Shown here: positions 60,407 through 64,000 of the stretch, piece by piece
Numbering within the stretch: the stretch's first letter is position 1
Layout of the letters: the number at the start of each line of letters is the position of its first letter
Notes under the pieces: model-generated
What the model was told of the DNA's origin: nothing
The model's input: only the letters and a program-made list of their open reading frames with translations
The model's database searches: none
Position numbers and translations under genes: made by a program
Origin: an uncultured Chloroflexia bacterium
Lineage (GTDB): Bacteria > Chloroflexota > Limnocylindria > Limnocylindrales > CSP1-4
Assembly (NCBI GenBank): GCA_963850035.1
Contig: CAWKJP010000012.1
Coordinates: 25,199-89,198 of the forward strand
Reading direction: 5' to 3'
DNA: 64,000 bases

Positions 60407-61408
60407 GTGGACGAGCCCGCGCCGCTCGAGCGGTTCCTCGCGAGCCTCGCCGCCCGCGACACCTCCCCGCACACGCAGCGCGCCTATCGGACCGCCGTCG
60501 GCGCGTACCTGGCGTGGCTCGACGAGCGCCGCGTTGCATGGCGGACGCCATCGCGCACGGTCCTGCGCGCCTATCTCGGCGATCTCGGCGCGGGGCGGGC
60601 GCGCTCGTCGGTCGCCCAGCGCCTCGCGGCGATCCGCTCGTTCCACCGGTGGGCGCGCCGAGCCGGGCTCGCCGACGCGGACCCGTGGGCGGCGCTCGGG
60701 ACGCCGCGCCGGCCACGCCGCCTCCCTCCCGTTCTCTCGATCGCCGACGTGGAGCGCGTCGTTGCCTCGGCGGGCGACGACCCGCATGCCGGCCGGGCCA
60801 CTCGTCCGGGTTCGGCGCGCGCCGCGGACGTCGGGCGCGCGCTGGCGCTGCGCGACGTCGCCATCGTCGAGACCGCGTATGCGGCAGGGCTGCGGATCGC
60901 GGAGCTCGCGGGCCTGCGCCTGGACGGCCTGGACCTGGGCCGCGGCGAGCTCCGGGTCGTCGGCAAGGGCCGGAAGGAACGCGCCGGGCTGCTCGGGCGT
61001 CCGGCACGCGCCGCCCTCGCCGGGTACCTCGCGGAGGGCCGACCCGCCCTGCTCGCCCGGGCGCGCCCGGGCCCGGCGCCGGATGCTGTCTTCCTCAACG
61101 CTCGTGGCAGCCCGCTTGGGGAGCGCGGGATGCGCTACCGCCTCGATGCCGTGTTCGCGCGCGCGGGCGCCCCGGAGGGCACGCACCCGCATACCCTTCG
61201 CCACTCGTTCGCCACGCACCTGCTCGATGGCGGCGCGGACCTGCGGGTCGTGCAGGAGCTGCTGGGCCACGCCAGCCTCGCCACGACCCAGGTCTACACG
61301 CACGTCTCGCCTGCTCGGCTCCGGGCCGTGTACGCAGGCGCCCACCCGCGTGCGCACGCCGCGGACCCCGGAGTCGAACCGGCCGACGGGACGCCCGGAC
61401 CGCGGTGA
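60407..61408 (+). CDS. xerC: tyrosine recombinase XerC
   Basis: N-terminal SAM-like domain, then catalytic R (AGLRIAEL), K (GKGRKER), HxLRH ([12 protein letters not shown]), LLGH and the nucleophile Y (TQVYTHV). The comM-dprA...xerC neighbourhood matches the housekeeping xerC context in actinobacteria. Confidence 0.88.
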   Translation: MDEPAPLERFLASLAARDTSPHTQRAYRTAVGAYLAWLDERRVAWRTPSRTVLRAYLGDLGAGRARSSVAQRLAAIRSFHRWARRAGLADADPWAALGTPRRPRRLPPVLSIADVERVVASAGDDPHAGRATRPGSARAADVGRALALRDVAIVETAYAAGLRIAELAGLRLDGLDLGRGELRVVGKGRKERAGLLGRPARAALAGYLAEGRPALLARARPGPAPDAVFLNARGSPLGERGMRYRLDAVFARAGAPEGTHPHTLRHSFATHLLDGGADLRVVQELLGHASLATTQVYTHVSPARLRAVYAGAHPRAHAADPGVEPADGTPGPR

Positions 61409-62979
61409 CATCCGGCCGCGCCCTCGTCCGCGCCGGCCTGCTGGTGACCGGCGCCTACTTCGTCTCGCGCGTGCTGGGCTGGGTCCGCCTCGTGGTGATC
61501 GGCACCACGTTCGGGACCCAGGGCGCCCTCGACCCGTTCTTCGCCGCATTCCGGATCCCGGACATGATCTTCCAGCTCGTCGCGGCCGGCGCCCTCGCCT
61601 CGGCGCTGATCCCGACGATCGCGACGCTCGTCGCCCACGACGAGGAGGATCGCGCGTGGCGCGTCGTCTCCAGCGTCACGAACCTGATGCTCGCGGGGCT
61701 CGCGATCCTGGCCGGGCTCCTCCTGATCTTCGCGCCGGCCGTTGTGCCCGCGATCACGCCCGGCTTCGACGCCGCGCAGGTCTCCTCGACCGTGGACCTG
61801 ACGCGCGTCATGCTCCTCAGCCCGATCTTCCTGGCGCTCGGATCGGTCGCCACGAGCGTGCTGCAGGCGCGCGGGCGGTTCGTGGCGTCCGTCCTGGCCC
61901 CGATCGTCTACAACCTCGCGATCATCGCCGGCGCGATCCTCCTGTCCCCGTCGATGGGCGTCATGGGCGTGGCCGTGGGCGTCGTCGCCGGGAGCGCACT
62001 TCACCTCGTCGTCCAGCTCTACCCGCTCCTCGGGCCGACGCGCTTCCGCTACCACCCGCGCGTCGACATGGCGGACCCGGAAGCCCGCACGACGATCGTG
62101 CTCCTCGTTCCGCGCGCGATCGGGCTCGGCGGCGCGCAGCTCCAGCTGCTCGCGGCCACCACGATCGCGTCCACCCTGGCGGCCGGATCGATCACCGCCT
62201 TCAACTTCGCGTTCACCTTCTTCCAGATTCCGATCGGGACGCTGGGGGTGCCGCTGGGCGTCGTCGCGTTCCCGGCGCTGAGCGAGCGGCTGGCCTCCGG
62301 CGCGACGGGCGACTTCGTCTCGCTCCTCGGCCGCTCGCTCCGCCTCATGCTGTTCGCGATGCTCCCGATCGCGGTCGTGGCGGCGGTCGTGGCACGCCCG
62401 GTCGTCACCCTGCTCATCGGCTACGGCAAGGTGGACGCCGCGGGGATCGAGGTCACGGCGCAGACCCTCGTCGCGTTCATGGTCGCGCTGCCGTCCGAGA
62501 CCGCGATCGTCCTGCTGGCCCGGGCGTTCTACGCGGCCCGCGACACCCGCACGCCGGTCGCGGCCGCGCTCGTCGCGGTGGCGCTGAGTGTCGTGATCTC
62601 GATCGCCCTCGCGCCGGCGCTCGGGGTCGTGGGCCTCGCGCTGGGGATCGCGATCGCATCCTGGCTCGAGGCGATCATCCTGCTGGTCCAGCTCGACCGC
62701 CGCCTGCCGTCGCTCGACGTCGCGGCGATCACCGCCGGGGGGCTCGTGGCGGCGACGTGCTCCGCCGCCGCCGGCGCGGCTGCGTGGCTGGTCCTCGAGG
62801 CGGGACGGCTCGTCGTGGGTCCCGCGCCCGGTAAGATCGGGATCGCGGGAGAGCTCGTCGTCGTCGGCCTCGTCAGCGTGGGCGTCTACCTCGGCTTCGC
62901 GCGGCTCCTGCGGATCCCGGAGGTCCCGACCATCATGCGCCTGCTCCGTTCCGCGCTGGGCCGCGGCACCGCCGCGTGA
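61405..62979 (+). CDS. murJ: lipid II flippase MurJ (MOP superfamily)
   Basis: N-terminus [38 protein letters not shown] and about 14 TM segments. GTGA overlap with the xerC stop. Confidence 0.9.
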   Translation: MTSGRALVRAGLLVTGAYFVSRVLGWVRLVVIGTTFGTQGALDPFFAAFRIPDMIFQLVAAGALASALIPTIATLVAHDEEDRAWRVVSSVTNLMLAGLAILAGLLLIFAPAVVPAITPGFDAAQVSSTVDLTRVMLLSPIFLALGSVATSVLQARGRFVASVLAPIVYNLAIIAGAILLSPSMGVMGVAVGVVAGSALHLVVQLYPLLGPTRFRYHPRVDMADPEARTTIVLLVPRAIGLGGAQLQLLAATTIASTLAAGSITAFNFAFTFFQIPIGTLGVPLGVVAFPALSERLASGATGDFVSLLGRSLRLMLFAMLPIAVVAAVVARPVVTLLIGYGKVDAAGIEVTAQTLVAFMVALPSETAIVLLARAFYAARDTRTPVAAALVAVALSVVISIALAPALGVVGLALGIAIASWLEAIILLVQLDRRLPSLDVAAITAGGLVAATCSAAAGAAAWLVLEAGRLVVGPAPGKIGIAGELVVVGLVSVGVYLGFARLLRIPEVPTIMRLLRSALGRGTAA

Positions 62980-64000
62980 CCCGGCCGCAGCCGCTCGCGG
63001 AGCCGGCCGCCTGGGACGCCTTCGTCGTCGGAAACGAGCGCGGCTCGTATCTCCAGCGGCCCGCGTGGGCCCGGGTGAAGGCGGTGAACGGCTGGACGAG
63101 CGAGCGGATCGTGGCCGGCGGATCGGCGCCGATCGGCGCCCAGGTCCTGCTGCGCCGGCCGCGGCCCCTGCCGTGGGCGTTCGCGTACGCGCCGCGGGGC
63201 CCGGTGGCGACGGAGTGGACCGCGGCGTCGCTCGGCGCGTTCACGGAGGCGGTCCGGTCGGCGCCGCTGGGGCGCGTCTCGCACGTCCGGATCGACCCTG
63301 AGGTCGAGCGTGACGGCGCCCTCGATCCGGGCGGAACGCTGCGGGCGAACCTGGCCGCCGCGGGCTGGCGGCCAGGGGCGCCGATCCAGCCGCCGTCGAC
63401 GCGCGTGATCGACCTTGCGGCCGACGAGGAGACCCTCTGGGGCGACCTTCGCAAGAAGTGGCGCCAGTACGTGAACAAGGCCCGCACGAACGGCGTGACG
63501 GTCGTGGAGCTGCCCGGTGACCCGATCGCGCCGTTCTACGCGATCTATCGCGAGACAGCCGCGCGGGCGGGCTTCCTCATCCGGGTGGAGCAGGCGTATC
63601 GCGACGTCTGGGAGGCGTACCGGCCCGGGGGCAACGCGACGATCCTGTTCGCGGTCGACCCCGCCGGAACCCCGCAGGCCGCGCTCTTCCTGGTACGGAC
63701 CGGCAGCCGCGTCGTGGAGCCGTACGGCGGGATGACGGGCCAGGGCGCCGAGCTCCGGGCGAACTACCTGCTCAAGTGGGAAGCCATCCGGCGAGCGCGA
63801 GCCGGGGGAGCTGCCAGCTACGACCTGTGGGGGCTGGCGAACCCCGGCATCGCCCACTTCAAGACCGGGTTCGGCGGGCGCGAGGTCCGCTTCATCGGTG
63901 CGTGGGACCTGGTCCTGAGCGATCTCGGGCGGCGGGTCTACTCGGTCGCCCAGCGCGTGCGGGTCGTCCGCGCTCGCCGTCGCGCCGGGCTCGCCACGGA
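62976..64000 (+). CDS. FemAB-family peptidoglycan interpeptide-bridge aminoacyltransferase (FemX-like), 3' end beyond the window
   Basis: An open frame from GTG 62976 (GTGA overlap with murJ) to the window edge. Motifs WDAFV...SYLQRPAWARVK...FAYAPRGPV...LRKKWRQYVNKA...YGGMT...ANYLLKWEAI...YDLWG. Absent from the ORF track because it has no stop. Confidence 0.8.
   Translation, partial: MTRPQPLAEPAAWDAFVVGNERGSYLQRPAWARVKAVNGWTSERIVAGGSAPIGAQVLLRRPRPLPWAFAYAPRGPVATEWTAASLGAFTEAVRSAPLGRVSHVRIDPEVERDGALDPGGTLRANLAAAGWRPGAPIQPPSTRVIDLAADEETLWGDLRKKWRQYVNKARTNGVTVVELPGDPIAPFYAIYRETAARAGFLIRVEQAYRDVWEAYRPGGNATILFAVDPAGTPQAALFLVRTGSRVVEPYGGMTGQGAELRANYLLKWEAIRRARAGGAASYDLWGLANPGIAHFKTGFGGREVRFIGAWDLVLSDLGRRVYSVAQRVRVVRARRRAGLAT

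Noticed and set aside
60407-61408. Tyrosine recombinase as a marker of a mobile element.
   Set aside because: It has the XerC/XerD domain layout and sits in the conserved comM-dprA-topA-xerC housekeeping neighbourhood, coupled to murJ. There are no flanking repeats or cargo genes.

Overview
The window is very G+C-rich by eye (roughly 70% or more), gene-dense, and looks like bacterial chromosome core. The gene content and the leaderless, extended -10 promoter style fit an Actinomycetota- or Chloroflexota-like lineage, but I cannot assign taxonomy without a search. I support about 55 protein genes, two of them running off the window edges, and one tRNA-Met. I found no rRNA, CRISPR array, transposase, IS element or phage genes. 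Many long ORFs in the track are arginine/proline/glycine-rich artefacts of the high G+C content, lying antisense to real genes or extending their 5' ends.

Gene blocks, left to right:
1. A serine-biosynthesis operon on the minus strand (class-V aminotransferase, serA, then a histidine-phosphatase-family gene).
2. A vapBC toxin-antitoxin pair next to a hybrid histidine kinase broken by two compensating frameshifts.
3. Housekeeping and repair genes: rarA, a DUF4446 gene, a UvrD-type helicase fused to an Fe-S nuclease, an M20 hydrolase, a ureohydrolase, a methyltransferase, a REC-ParA/MinD fusion, murI, a DUF2342 metalloprotease, a 2-hydroxyacid dehydrogenase, ychF, a PfkB kinase, a cysteine-desulfurase-like gene and an mrfA/mrfB-like helicase-exonuclease pair.
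4. A 10.5-kb inositol catabolism and transport locus: iolD, iolE, an ABC transporter, two Gfo/Idh/MocA dehydrogenases, and a LacI-family gene that runs without a stop codon into iolB.
5. tRNA-Met, ftsH, an M20 dipeptidase, an orphan DnaB-C-terminal-domain ATPase, a repeat-dense intergenic region, then ppa, thpR, a trpB2-type gene and tyrA.
6. nfeD and an SPFH gene, a second REC-CpaE/TadZ-like fusion, then comM, dprA, a Big_5/CAP surface protein, a small ORF, topA, xerC, murJ and a femX-like gene.

I did not find a convincing new multi-gene system. The most unusual items are:
- the LacI-IolB in-frame fusion;
- the composite short-tandem-repeat and palindrome region beside the truncated DnaB paralog;
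- three identical ACGG-tetraloop hairpins upstream of the ser operon;
- covarying palindromes between tRNA-Met and ftsH;
- two orphan REC-ParA-type proteins with complementary degeneracy;
- three frame disruptions that may be either sequencing indels or real gene decay.
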